Positions 50,303 through 64,000 of a stretch of DNA of 64,000 nt are shown here, piece by piece (the stretch's first letter is position 1; the number at the start of each line of letters is the position of its first letter). Source of the stretch: Azolla caroliniana. Lineage: Eukaryota; Plantae; Polypodiophyta. A program made the translations under genes and the position numbers. The notes under the pieces were generated by a model, which was given only the letters and a program-made list of their open reading frames with translations, was not told where the DNA came from and did not search any database. The DNA is taken from assembly GCA_043228905.1 (NCBI GenBank), contig JBHGNT010000005.1, forward strand, positions 1,860,001 to 1,924,000, in the 5' to 3' direction.

Positions 50303-52443
50303 GTATAAAATAAGTGTATATCATATATCTATGGCATTTGGTGATTTTTTTTATTGTTTAAAGCTCATGGTTTAGGATTAGGTTTCTTATTTAGTGCGCA
50401 CGTGTTTGGAATGCTCCAAAAGCAAAAGAAAGCATGAACAAGGTGCAAAGGGCACATTGACTTCATGTCATCCCCACCTTCCTCTGACTTATCATCGACA
50501 ACTTGTTTAGGGATCCAAATGTAAAGCAAGACAAACTGCTTCGATAGCACTCATCCAATAAATAGTCAGATTTTATGAGTGGGTGTGGGGGAAAGGCACT
50601 ATGCATAGGAATCAACATCACCATGATAGATAATTAATTAAGTAATAATGTTGGATGAGGAAGTGGAATGGACTACTGAAATTGATCCTAAAGTTTAGGC
50701 TTTATTCTAGTGTGTACGAGGTTTAACATTGAAGTTTTGAGTTTAGGGTTTCAAGTAGTCTTTAAATTGTATGTGTTTTGGAGCCATAACATTACATTTA
50801 TACACATCTAGAAATTTATCAAGTAAAATGCAAGGAATCATTTATAATTTGAGAATTAGGAATTTAGTTCAAGGTTTAGGTTCTAGGGTTTGGGTCGATG
50901 GTGTGCCATGCTTGTGGTTTTTGACATAATGCATTCTCAATTTCTCACCAATATTGCATCATCATTGACTATCATCACAAAACAAGAGAGCATATTCTAA
51001 GAGGTTGGTTGTGCTTTCTTCATCAATAGAAATCGACGAGAGACATGGCAAATTCATTATACTAATCTCTATCATTTTAAGTATCCTTATAAAGATGATA
51101 AGCACTAGAGCTTAATGTTAAGATGCAAACATTCCATTGATTGTTGAAACAAACTCTCACTCAATTATGGTGCTTTATTGCTTATAGTCTTTAGGGCAAC
51201 ACCTACTTTGTAACAATCATTACAAGATTTCTATTTTGATTTTGATACAGAATATGAAGTATGCATGTAGATTAATCAAGAGAGAATGGCCGTAAATTGT
51301 TTCATCGACACAATAATATGGAAGAGACATCACATTCTCACATACACACTTGTTTGTTCTTTGATAGAAAAATGAAGTAAGCTTACCTACCTATACCCCA
51401 CATGATAGTCCATGGATATAAAAGGATGATAGTCCCCGTTGCTAAAGAGAAGAAATTGTTTTATGCTTATGGGAAATTGGAGCTATTATAATAAATATTA
51501 TATCCTACGCCTAACTACATAACATGAAAGAAATTGGATTATTGTTTAAATTATGTTCAGTTTTTGGGTTTCAATATATGAAACTATTGCTCACCTAATA
51601 CACACTAGTGTATCCATGCACCTTATACAACCAATTCCTTTTGTACTTTGTGAGAGCTATTAGTGCACGAGGATCTTTTTAGGGTCGGCAACACATTGCT
51701 CCTCCAAAACATCTAGTTGCATACTCATGTCCTCGTGTCTCAAATGCACAAAAGTTTGTGATTTTCTATATAATGCATAAACAATATGTAGCAAGAGACT
51801 CTCTCTCTAGCAAAAGCAATGTCGTAAACAAGAAACATTGACGACCACCCCATGATCATGCCTAGCTAGATCTAGCAAGGTATGCAGTGCTTGTGGAGCC
51901 CATATGAGTTTGAAATTGTGTCACCAATGGTGCTCCGTTCTAGTTCAAAATTTCGAATGCGGACATTTTTACCCAAGGCACTCACCATGTGATGGTATTA
52001 ATCGAACGAGTCAGTGAAGACCAGTTTTGTGCACCGGCAATAACGAGTTCACGATGAGCGAATTATGTACACATAGTAGATCAATGGAACGAGAGTTTGC
52101 GACCGCTCAGACCAAAAAATAAAAGACAAAGACGAAAAAGATGACCCTTTTTCCACATATACATATATCATATATGACACACAGATGGGGCAGTTTGATT
52201 GTCTTTGTCAAGTTATTATTATTAGCTCACAAATCCTAATAAGCTCTTACTCTGTCACTGTATGGAATCAGAGCCTTATGTTCTTCTCATTCAGCTTCTT
52301 CTTAACACACACACACACACACACAAACCAACTACACATATGTACACTTGTCTTACTCTGTTGTACTAAATTGGATCGGAATTCTATTTTTCAATCATAA
52401 TGCAATGAAAAAAAGCTTATTGAATTCATATGAGTATGTGCCA

Positions 52444-55162
52444 ATGATGAGAACCCATTTCCTCTGCTTTTGTTTCTTCATCTGGATCCATTCTGCCAGT
52501 ATCCAGAATGTTCAGTGCTCTGTTCATCACTACTCTAACAAACAGTTCTCAGCTCTTCAGAATGGATTTGCTTTCTATGGTGGGAGTGAAGGAATGAAAT
52601 CCTCTTCTTCAAGATCTAGTCAAAATGGTGTGGCAGATGGTAGATCTTACATTGGGTAAGTCTTCAATCTAATCCGAAAGAGAATCCTTCCATAATGTAG
52701 GCTAAAATCGTGGTATTGAAGTAAGTAAATTCCATTTTTTTTGCATGTTAATATGGTATTTGACAAAAATATATACACTCACTCAGTTGCTTTGATGTGG
52801 AATATCATATGTCCATGCATATTCCAAATTGAAGCAACGACATGTATGTATATATACAAATCTAGATGTATGTATGCCTATTCCACATCAAAGCAGCTAC
52901 ACGTGTATAATTACACATCAATATGTATGTCTGTATGCATATTCAACATCAAAGCAACTGCGTGCGTGTGTGTGCGTGCACGCGCATACTCATCTATATG
53001 CATGTATATGTATGTCATTTTTTTCTGTATGTTAGGGTTTTATTATCTCTCTTTTTAATGTTAATATTTCTATGTGACCATGTCTATATATGTTGGATTT
53101 GTGACATTATGCATGGTGTTGTAGTTTAAGTAAGGACTTTATCTTTTCCTTTCTAATATATGTATGTATGTTGTTGCTTTCATGTAGTAATGCTATGTAC
53201 ATTTGAGTTTTTTTCCCTTTTAATGATATTTCACCCCATCCATATATGTGGCTTACTTCATGGATTTGTTGCATTATGCTTTGTTTGTTCAAAGAGCTGG
53301 ATTAATGTGTCAACCAATCTCTAATTCTCAATGGAAAATGTTTTTTTTTTCTTTTAGATTTGATTCGATCAACTTCAAACACATAAGTAGATCCAAAGGT
53401 GGTTTGATTCAAGTCATCATTTTTGAAGTATCGGATAAAGATAATGTTGGGGGAAGAGATGCTCTTTGTTGCACCTCCGATTTGGCAAAGAATGAGGGAT
53501 GCGATGAAGGGAAAGTCATCATAAAACCTTCTTTATATGACCCACATTGGCCAGTCTCAATCTCCATCAATCTCGAAGCAAATCTACCTCAAACTTCAAT
53601 ACATATTGAAAGGGTAAACATCACCAAGACGGGATTTTATAATGTTTTCTTCGTGTTTTGTGATCCCGAGCTAAAAGATCTAATCATAGATGGGTCTACA
53701 ATCTGGAAAAATCCTTCTGGCTACCTCCCTGGAAGCATGGCACCCTTGTTATCATTCTATGGAAAATTGTCACTTGCGTATATGCTTCTTGGATTGGCAT
53801 GGTTTCTTTTGTGTCTTAGGAATTGGAAAGATGTGGTGCAATTGCACAAATACCTTACACTCATTATAGCATTGGGGATGTGTGAGACAACTCTATGGTA
53901 CTTTGACTATGCAAATTTCAATTCTAGTGGTTTTAGACCAATTGGCATAACGATTTGGGCAGTAACGATCGGGGCACTAAAGAAAGTGATTTCACGAGTA
54001 CTTATGTTGGCCATATCAATGGGCTATTCTGTTGTTCGCCTTACTCTAGGTGCTGAAACCTTAAAGATAGCCATACTTGGTGGCACTTATTTTCTTGCGG
54101 CTGAAGCTTTGGATATCTTTGAGAATGTTGGTGCTGTCAATGATCTCTCTGGACAAACCAAAATCTTCTTTGTTTTTCCGGTGGCTATCTTGGATGGTAT
54201 CTTCATTATATGGATATTTGCATCCTTATCCAAAACACTCGAGAAACTCCAGGTAAGACACTTGTCTCTTCAATGCTCACTCAAAACAAAGAAAAAACTG
54301 TATAAAAAGGTTCGTATGTATGTATGCATGTTCATTTACATACATATATACCTGTGGATGGCATCACTCACGTCCTCATAAAGTATGAGAGAGATAGAGA
54401 GAGGATGACCAGTGATTATTTCTTCTTCTTTTCAGGCCAGGAAATGGATGGTGAAGCTAAACTTCTATAGAAAACTTACAAATACTTTGTCAATTTGTGT
54501 AATGATAGCAGTAGCTTGGATAGGCTATGAGGTAATTTATAATAGAAATCAATAATGATGATAAATTTGACTTCTTTTGTCATATGATTGCAAACATATT
54601 GCACGAAAGTAACCATGTGAGGGTGGTGGTCATGATTTTTTTCAGTTCTATTTCAAGACCAGGGATGCAAATGGTGAAGAATGGAGGAATGCATGGCTGA
54701 TTAGTGCTTTCTGGAGTATCCTGACATTGCTATTGTTAAGTTTCCTCTGCACCCTTTGGGCACCATCACAGAATTCTGAAATGTAAGTGATCTTCCCTGT
54801 TTCTTTCCCTTTTTGTTTGTAAACTCCTCTGATTTTTTGTTTGATTTTCTATATAGAAGAGAAATAGTTGGGAATGTAGATTTCCTCGTCTTTGTGGGTG
54901 TTTTATGCTAGGTTTAAGAGTGTGCTAGAATATTTGTTTTTTCCCTAGGTTTAAGAGTGTCCCTTACAACGTTTTTTTATGTGTGTGGGTGGGGTGTAGA
55001 TTTGAGTGTTCAGAAGATACTGGAAGGTCTTTCGACGAAGAAGATGCTATTCTCTTAACGTCTATTGTGAGTGTAGAGCCACATAAGAGTAACTTGAAGG
55101 ACAACCATACCAAATCTAGCCTTGATGATGATAAAGATTTCGAGGATAACAAAAGGGAGTAG
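52444..55162 (+). CDS. TMEM87/GPR107-108 (lung seven-transmembrane receptor, GOST family) protein; exons 52444-52655, 53358-54252, 54436-54531, 54646-54782, 55000-55162 (~500 aa; alternative in-frame ATG at 52405)
   Basis: Signal peptide. Motifs FYGGSEG, CCTSDLAK.EGC, WKNPSGYLPG, SMGYSVVR.TLG, WIFASLSKTLEKLQ, LWAPSQN and acidic tail ending NKRE. Phases are consistent. Confidence 0.92.
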
Positions 55163-55474
55163 CTTCTCTCCTTATATCACCTTCAGCTCATGGGGTCATG
55201 TATTTTTAAAGGTTATATATGTAATGTATATTTCAAGGTACATATCGTATATACAACCCATTGTTTTTTAGCTGTGTCTACTATTGGTGAGACAGGCTAT
55301 TGTCTCGACAAGCCTAGCTTGAAAATTAAAAAATGTCTGTAAATCTATCAACTTTTACGGCTATTTCAATAAACTCATAGTGCCAAGGACTTTTTATTTA
55401 TTAAGAAAGTGTATCAATTTATATATTTGTAAGTGTATTGATCTCTCTTCTTGTGTTGAATATATGTGTGAGGT

Positions 55475-55706
55475 TGTAAACTTGACATGTTCTTTACTAA
55501 AGAAAAGACTGCGAGAAAAGAACTAAAACAAGTAGACCAATTGAAATGGGTAATTTAACCAAGAACTCATGTCAATGTGATTGGGGCAAGACATAGATCT
55601 AGGATTTTTGGATATATAAAAGAGCTAGACACCTTTATGTGCTTTTCACTCCTATTCTCAATTCTACTTACTTTCCTTCTAATCTATTGGTTGACATTAG
55701 TATCGG
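55475..55706 (+). mobile_element. Possible short LTR (~220 bp) followed by a degenerate tRNA-Met PBS
   Basis: TGTAAAC...GTTGACA termini (1 mismatch), internal TATATAAAAG, followed by TAGTATCGG resembling TGGTATCAG. No partner LTR seen. Confidence 0.45.
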
Positions 55707-56493
55707 TTAAATAAAGCTAAAGTATGCCCATTAGGGATGCATGACCCTTTGATTGACCACAATTTGGACTGTTATGGTCGCCTCAGGGCATAGATCTCTA
55801 CCTACACTCTCAGGGGATCTACTGCTTGATTCATTGTCATTGCACATACCAAACTCAATGTATGAGCTAGAGATTGCTCCAACATATGATGTGTCCACTC
55901 TATTAGCTGATTAATGTGCCTTACTTCAGGGATGGAAAGCCAGTTGTGAAGTATGTTAGATGGAAAGTAAGACCTTAGTGTTCATGAACTTTTAATACTG
56001 TAATTATCCATTGCTCATAAAACAAAGCTGCCGTGATCAACTACTAAATCTCCAAATCTCCAAGAAGATTTCTTTGGTGTATGCTCTATCTAACGATGGA
56101 TTCCAAAGCATATGGTGTAAATATCCAACTTCATTAACAATGAAGCATCATAGTCTTCATTAAGGAGAGAACTAGGGTAGGAGTTCTCATTAGAAATCCT
56201 AGTATGTGTAGAATGTCATTGTAAAAATATCCATGCAAATGATGAGTAGCCCTCCTTATTTTTTGTTCATATACATACATACAATCATGTGCAAGTTTTT
56301 GCTATCACTTCATTAGAAGCCAATCTCATTGGGCAGACGTAGACATACATTTATCAATGAGAGCTTTGGCTAGAAAAATGAAATGGTCACATATTTGAGA
56401 AATCATGGCTGTTTACTATATACATATATACAATATTCACTTGATGATTCAACTAGAACCTGATAAACTCTATGATCACCCCACAATATTTCA

Positions 56494-59400
56494 TTAAGGA
56501 GACACAACTTGCACCCATATTGCAACCCCGGGGATTCCCATCACCACTGGGAACATCATGTAATATGTTGGTGGTGCTATATTGTCATTAGGGGGTGCTG
56601 TAACTGTCACAACAAATAGGTTATTCCCAACTTGTATGGGAGGAGAAGTCTTCATTCTCAATAGTCTTTGGCCTTGGGAAAAAGAATGTGTGCTGAAATA
56701 TGAACTCACTAAGTTCATCTCTACAACCATAGGGAAACTTTGGCATGAAAATGTGACGTTAAATACCAAACCATGGGTCAACCTATTTGGACTCGAATGT
56801 ATGGTTGGCTTCCTTGGTAAGTATGGTGCATTGAAATAAAAGGGCAACCATGCCTCTAGTCGAAGCTCTGTGCGGAAATCCCCATCGAAGGTGTAGAATT
56901 CATGTGGGTTACTCCCTGCAATCAAAACTCGTCCATCGACAAGCAAGTTTGCAGTTGAATGGTACATTCTAGGGATTGTCCCCGCAGGTTGGAGGATGAA
57001 ACGTGCTTGTGGATAAGATCTTGGACGATAGATTACCGGATTAAGGGCAGGGTTAGAGGCATAACCCCATCCTTGAGACCCATTTTGTGCACCATTGATT
57101 ATAAGAACATCTCTGTTTGGTAGGAGGATCATGTCACCCATGCACCTTCTAAGGGGCATAGTTTCCATTGTCCATGATGGGTTAGGAGAAGTAACGACCA
57201 TTCTTCCACATGTATTTGAACATCCTAGTTGTAGTTTGGGTTGAGCAAAGGCTCCAAGTTGTGCCCCACCACAAACTAGCACCTCGGCAGATTGATAGTT
57301 GTCAGTAGGTGCATCAAGGGGGAGGAGCACTGAACTTCCAGCTGATGGGTAGTTCCTCGGATTCCCAGGAATAGTTGGGTAGGTTTTGAGGACAATGTTA
57401 CTTTTGTAATCGAGCAAAATGGAATCACGGTTGGCGAAAATGAAGAGATGACCATTCGGTAACAAGTGGACAAATGGATACAAATTATCACCTACATCAA
57501 ATGGTCCAAAAGTTTAGGCTTACTAATCAATAATAAGATACGTTCCTAGTATTTGTATTCATATTTTTGAAGATTTCAAGCACTTATAAAATTTTGGTGT
57601 TTGTGATTAAAAACAGTATATCTGTAAATCTCAATTTGAATATAACATCTCATTTTGTTTCAATCAAGCGAGTCCAGGATGCTTTAAATTTAGCATCAAC
57701 TTTGGAAGAAACCCTCGAGTTGTGACATCATAATGAATCCTTTGTTTTCTATTTGAATTTAGTAGCGTAAAATGTACTCGTGTTTTAACATAACCATTTT
57801 GCATAAAGAAAAAACATTCAAGATCCAATATGCTAGTCTCCCGATTGGAAGCTGGATATTGGGTTTATCTATATTAAGATTCAAGAACCTAAGCATTGAC
57901 AATGTTGATTTGTTTGTATATTGCTTTCCTTATTTGGCAACCTACTTTTCTAACTCGATGACCAAGAATCAAACCTTTAGACTAACTGACTATTCACAAG
58001 TGCAAATCTACAAGTGGGGTTACAATGCTTCCCACCATCAAATATAAAATGCACCAACCTCACACCATGTCTCCAAGATGGAAACCCCAACTTGCCCCCT
58101 TCAGAACATATGTATGTTTACTTAAGAACACAAACATCCTTATGAAATACTTAAGGTACACTATAACACTCTTTTAAGGGTCCCATAGGCCATGTTTTCA
58201 TGCATCCATCAAGATATTAACATATCTTGTTCTTAATCTTGAGCTCTTTAGCATAGTTTATTAGTCTTTTAATTAATTGTCTCTTTCTAATGTTAGCATT
58301 TGCATTCTTTGTATTGTGAAACAAATGACTATGAATTTTCTAAAAGCATACTCTAGGAGCGAACACTTAAACATGCATGCTCTCAAACTGAAATAATGAG
58401 GATGTTTTTTCAATCACGAATGTGACATCAAACCCATTACTTGAGAGGAACCTAGTGCCTTAACGTTGCATATCATGACATTTGTCATGTTCATCATATA
58501 TTGGAATATGAAAATTTCAAAAACTTACCTTAATTTAAACTATGATGTATCAAGAAAATAGTTTCACATTCTTTTGTAGCACAAATATTTTATTTAGCAC
58601 TAATCCCTTCCATTCTTTGCCACCATACTCACTTTTTCTTTTGCACCCCAAAGCTACAATTGAGCTTTTGATCATGGATGCACAAACTACACTGCATTGC
58701 AAATTCCTTGGGTAAAGTTTTTGAAATCAAGGTTCCTTGTGATATTTGCAACCACATTGCAATATTTCAAGTATAGTTCAATTAGTTAAATTGCAGGAAA
58801 TAGGTTTGAAGCTCCATAAAATCTACTCTACGATACATATTCTTAGGATATTTCAAGGTATAGCCTTTCTAACATAAAAAAAACCAAACTTTTGTAAAAG
58901 GCCTTGTACATATTTCTTTCAAATAAAAAGTGTACACAATGCCCCACACATATTTCTTTCGGAGTATGATATGTAAGAGTGTTGTAAGAGTGTAAAATAC
59001 ATTATCTCTTGTTATTTGTAATGTGGAATGTATCTTTGATGAGAGAAAAAATATTTTTGTGTTATAAGAAAATAATTGACGAAAAGATGGGCATTATGTA
59101 ATCATTGAGTATTCACCTCCTATGGTTTTAACCTGCACTTTATATTGAAAACAAAAATGTAATCATGTAGGTGATGGTGTAGGTGATGGGATAACATCAA
59201 AAAATGCTTGTGACAAAGCAAAAACCTTATTGCCTATTCTTAGAAAACACCTCCCTAGTTTCATAGCCAAATCAGTAAATAGGATTATGCCTACAATGTA
59301 GATAAAATCTATGAATATTTTGGTTCATGGAGGAATTTATTGGGTATTATTACTCATGGATGATAATTACCCATTTGTATTTGTTGAGGACAAAGATGAT

Positions 59401-60548
59401 CCAAAGAGTTTACACTGAAGGAGTTAGACAAGGATTAAACCATAAAGTTTGTTAATAAATAATAACTACCCAATGTACTACCAAACAAGTTAGATGTGGA
59501 AGTTTGTGCCAAATGCCACTAAGGAAATGAACATATTGGGCGACCAACTATTGCAACCTTTGCATGTAAGGGGAGGGAAGGTCTAGGCAGGGATGGACAT
59601 GGGAAATGTTTGTTGTTGATCAATGGGAGTTGTGGGCCTCGTTGATCGTTCATTGTGTGCATTGGTTATAAGTGAAGACAAAGGATAAACAACAGATGCA
59701 ATGCAAGAGACCGGATGATTGGCAATATAAAATACAAGGATATTATTAGGCTTTAACTCTATGATAAATATTAAGTGAGAGTGGTATATGTATTGCGATT
59801 TGGAGCTTGGGAATACAGACGAAGAATCATGATGATGGTTCATTAAGCTTATTTTGTAATATATGCTTGTTTATTTATAAAACAAAGACGGTTGAAGAAA
59901 GTAGGATGAAATCGTACCTTCAAAGTTGTTCACATCATAGAGGAATTTGAGGAAGAAGCTACGTTGCGAAGGGGGGCGAGGGAAGAATTCGTATGTGAAA
60001 ACGGAACGACCGCCCACAATTATGACACGCCCATCGGGAAGAAGTTGGTTGGTGGCATACCAACGAGGATCTACAAGGGAGGTGGTTGGATTGTGTGGGA
60101 ACTCAACCCAATCACATGTGCTAGAAGAAGGGCATGGAGACAATCTACGAATGGTAGACTTCCCATCAAAATCACCACCCGTGTGTAGAAGTGTACCATC
60201 AGGCAAGAATTGGCCGGAAGAGCACCATGTGTCACTGAAGATGAATAGTGGGCGGATAGAATTGAGGCCCGGTGTAAACATGACGGAATGTGCTGTACAA
60301 TCATGCTTTAGGACTAGGTCTTGTGTATTGTCACGACAATGTGTAGCCAAAATTCGCGAGGGACCAATGTTGGTGCGATCTAATAGCACCACTGTGTTGA
60401 ATCGTGTCACTGCTGTGTGCATCGATGCTATCCCCGCATTCTCTATCAAGAATTCATACCTCCCGACCACCTCCTTCATGATCAACCCATTCACCAGTAT
60501 TTGTAGGGGCACACTCATCATCACCACCATCCATATAAACTTCAACAT
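56494..60548 (-). CDS. GLOX: Glyoxal oxidase / galactose oxidase-like copper radical oxidase (AA5, GLOX); exons 60548-59918 and 57491-56494 (~542 aa)
   Basis: Signal peptide. Motifs GIASMH, DTWCSSG (cofactor Cys), RWYATNQLLPDGR, DNLYPF, RNYPS (Tyr), PRMYHSTANLL.DGRVL.AGSNPH and THSFSQGQRL. Phase-1 junction E-G|D. Confidence 0.95.
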
Positions 60549-63500
60549 ATTCCTTTATGAAGTAATCAAGCACAGTTATTTGTTTTAAAAATGGTTCATT
60601 GACATAGCCTACTTCATAAGGTATCAAATGCCTTAATCCTAAATGCACTTTTGTGGATTACATAAAGTTTTGTGGCATCATTATCACTGGACAACTTGAT
60701 CAATGAACCAATATATAACTATGTAAGGATGGATGTCATAGTCAAATATCGATGGCAAGCTATATAAGGATATTAATTTTGACACAAATATATGTTCTCT
60801 TTCAAAACTTACATATGCATACCTGTTCAAGTACCTCAACACCATTTATAGTGATAAGTCTTGTTTTATTATTGAAAATCGTGTTGATTAATGTATTCAA
60901 GTAAACTTAAAGTTTCATGACCAACAAAAGAGTAAGTAATTGGAAAATATATCCATGAAGGAAACATGCAAGGGTCAAATGAGAGGTATTGAGGCAATTG
61001 AAAGTAAGATAGACCAAAGGCATTCACTTATTTGAGAGATAGGAAAACATATATATACAAGTGCGAAAGAGAAACTCTTGCTTGAAAGTGTTTGATATAC
61101 TTGATGCAACATAAAGTTGTGCTTGGATTAAAATATAAGGTTCAAAGCACGAAGACCAACATATATGTATATAATATCTTCTAGCCCAGGTTGTGAGGTT
61201 GAACTCCAATGATTTGTTGGCTAAGGTTTGGAATCCCGTAAAGAGCAAGTACATAATGATAAATGACCAAGCGCACTCTACAATGAAAGATAGTTTGATG
61301 CTCATTTTATCAATGGCATAACATCAAGAAGTTTTAAGAGAGGAATTTTGCTCTTTGTAATGATATGCAATGATTTGAGGGTTCCCTCTTGCTAATTAAA
61401 TTACAAATATTAAAAAGGAGTGAGAGTACATAGCAATGTTTAGTCTAAACATATTATAAGTTGATACACATCGAAGTGGAATTCTTGCATCACTCCAAAT
61501 TACCCAAACCATAAAGAGTGGACGTCAGTCAAAGATAACATACTAAATATATATTACTAAAAACCGACAAGAATGATCCCATAACTAGACTATGTTTTGT
61601 CTTCCTAATAACTTGATAAGTGACTTTGAGTATACGACAAAGATCCTCATGTGGTAAGCCAACATGGGGAATAATTGTTTACAATGGAATGTTTCTAAAG
61701 TAAAATGCCTTGAGTGAGAAAGATGCAATACGTACAAGTTAATGAGTTTGTAAATCCACATTGCAAAGTATGGAGATATAAGTTCTAGATATGTTAAAAG
61801 AATAACCAAAGCCTCTGAATCACCGCGAATTAGCAAAATGTTACTCCGAACAATATGTCTCAACAAGAATGAAAAGAGAAATGTTGTGCCACTATTACAT
61901 ATGCTCCATCAATTTTTAAAGCAAGGGAATGTTTAAGCACTGATTTATAGTCCCCTAAAATAATTTATAAATAAAAATAAGAGATGCCTCCTGATATCCC
62001 TGCATGGCGTAGATAGTAAATAGTGATCATTCATAATCATGGACATGCTTACATTCAGTAATGCTTTCATGTCGTTAATTAAGATATAGTAACAATACAA
62101 GATCTTCCAACTCCAAAATCAGAATTTATGGAAAAGAAATGCCATAGGTATTGGTTATAATGGCATCATCAAGTAAAAGGCCACTATGCCCATGCATAAC
62201 ACTATCTTTGTAGCTCATGTGCACTGAAGAGGAATATAATGGCCTCACCAACACACAAGCAGCTATGCCATTGTGTTAATGCCTTCGTGGCTCACGTGCT
62301 CACGTATTCACTAATGCATATAATGAGAAGCAATGCATGCAATTATGAAGGGAAGACGATCCTATAAAACGAGATCCAAAGTAAGTCGATGAAATAGGAT
62401 ACAACACTATCTTCTCGCAATGCATGTTTAGGATACAACACTATCTTCTCTCAATATGAGCCATCAAAAGAGAAGTAGAAAGCATGTACATTCGTGTGAT
62501 TATCTATGTATAGTGTAGCTACATCACAACATACAAGATATGTCAGAAAGATGTGGCATGAAATCCCCTCTTTTTGTGTCTATAGAAATTCCACCACTAA
62601 TAAACTAGTCATGAATGCCGCACATACCATCAAGCTACTATTTTTTGGGTAGTTACTATTGTAGAAATTTCAGTCATTACTGACAAATAGTAATAATAGT
62701 AAACCCAAAAGGTTGAAACCACTAGTTTCGGAAAGACTACAGCATGTTGCTTTCTTCATTTTGCCATATAATTCATTTTAGTTTGATACACACAATCGAA
62801 TATAAAGAAAATTGTGTACTCAATGCAATCGATCGAGTAAAGAGATTGGTGACGGTAAAAAGTTGTACATATAGAAACTTTATAAAAAAGCTCCACAACT
62901 AATAAAAAGAAGGCCTAGTCCAAAGAGAGGTGGTGAACATGTTAAAGGCATGTCAAGGGATAGTGCTAAATTCTGATCATGAGCCTAGTCCACATAAACC
63001 TCATTCTCTAAATCGTCAATGGAGTTTGGGACATTAGAGGAGTTGGGGCCAATCACATTGACATTACGAGTTCCTTTAGGAGACTCACAATCTATATCAA
63101 TTAACATACTACGCGTGTTATAATGTAACAAGATATATCGACTTTTAAGAACAATCGACCTACAAAAAAAACCAACCAGGATTGTTTTTTCATTTTAAAG
63201 AAAAACCATCATAAAAATGAGCTTTTCATTCACTAGACAAACATTTACATAATGAATTTCTTCAACATCAAATTTCATTAAGACGAAATGATTGGTCTCA
63301 GGGGGGCTATGCACAATGTGCATTGATCAATTGATAGATAAATGCTGATTTTGAACAGCCATTTCGTCCAATTCCAAGGCTCGAAATGATTCAAGTTGAT
63401 CTTTGTTTATTCAAAACTCTCGGTAGGTTAACAAGACTTGTTAATTTCCCAAACACTCACAAGTTGAGGATGCTGTGAGGATGCTCTGACGGGAGAAATG

Positions 63501-64000
63501 GAGTAGAGACTCACGTGCAATCAGCATTCAATGCTGAACAGTCAAATCTAATCATGATGAGGAATGGTATTCATTCTGTATTATCAAGCTCATGAGCTTA
63601 TTGGATGATCCAATGACCCCCAATTGTTCGTTTTGCGATCAAAATTCATTGGCATAATACCATACAGGCAAATGATCACTATGAAAGGCAATAAGGAGCA
63701 AAAACATGAATCGAAAAGCTCAAATTTTTTATTGCATATTCATGAACTTGGTGAAAAAACAATCACATTCGGAGACGACGGATTTCAATCTTGGAGTAAA
63801 TTACGTCAAGGTCTGATTGCAGGAGCACTTTCCTTCCTAATTGTCAAATCAACAGTCACAATAATTGAATTTGATGAGCCAGAAGAGAAGCTCTTCAATT
63901 CCACAAAGGTTAAATAATGGAGGAAAGTATGAAGGAAGCAATATTGTTAAGCATTGACAATTGTTGTCCGCACTCCAAAACATATTCTGTATTTACCGTC

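Noticed and set aside
59947-60588. 213-aa + strand ORF
   Set aside because: Antisense shadow of GLOX exon 1.
63250-64000. Possible terminal exons of a minus-strand gene beyond the window, and the 97-aa + ORF at 63624
   Set aside because: I could not build a phase-consistent model or recognise a domain.

Overview
Eukaryotic land-plant nuclear DNA: AT-rich, GT-AG introns, many microsatellites. A fern-like lineage is an inference from the protein style and the long PLS-type PPR gene, not proven. I can build ten protein-coding gene models with consistent splice phases: Golgi alpha-mannosidase II (-), nuclear-encoded group II intron maturase nMAT2-like (-), an uncharacterised protein with KANSL1/PEHE-like motifs (-), dCMP deaminase (+), zeaxanthin epoxidase (-), a PLS-class PPR protein (-), mitochondrial HSP70 (+), tetraspanin (-), a TMEM87/lung-7TM membrane protein (+) and a glyoxal/galactose oxidase-like copper radical oxidase (-). 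Non-coding features include an intact 261-bp hAT-type MITE with an 8-bp TSD, a ~500-bp foldback element in a dCMP deaminase intron, LTR-like relics, tandem repeats, an ABRE/G-box cluster before ZEP, E2F sites before dCMP deaminase and telo-boxes. I found no convincing novel multi-gene system. The best leads are the PEHE/KANSL1-like gene, the foldback element with inward-facing TATA arms, a duplicated first exon of dCMP deaminase, and a possible spliced non-coding locus at ~12.3-14.1 kb. All family assignments come from recognised motifs; no searches were run.
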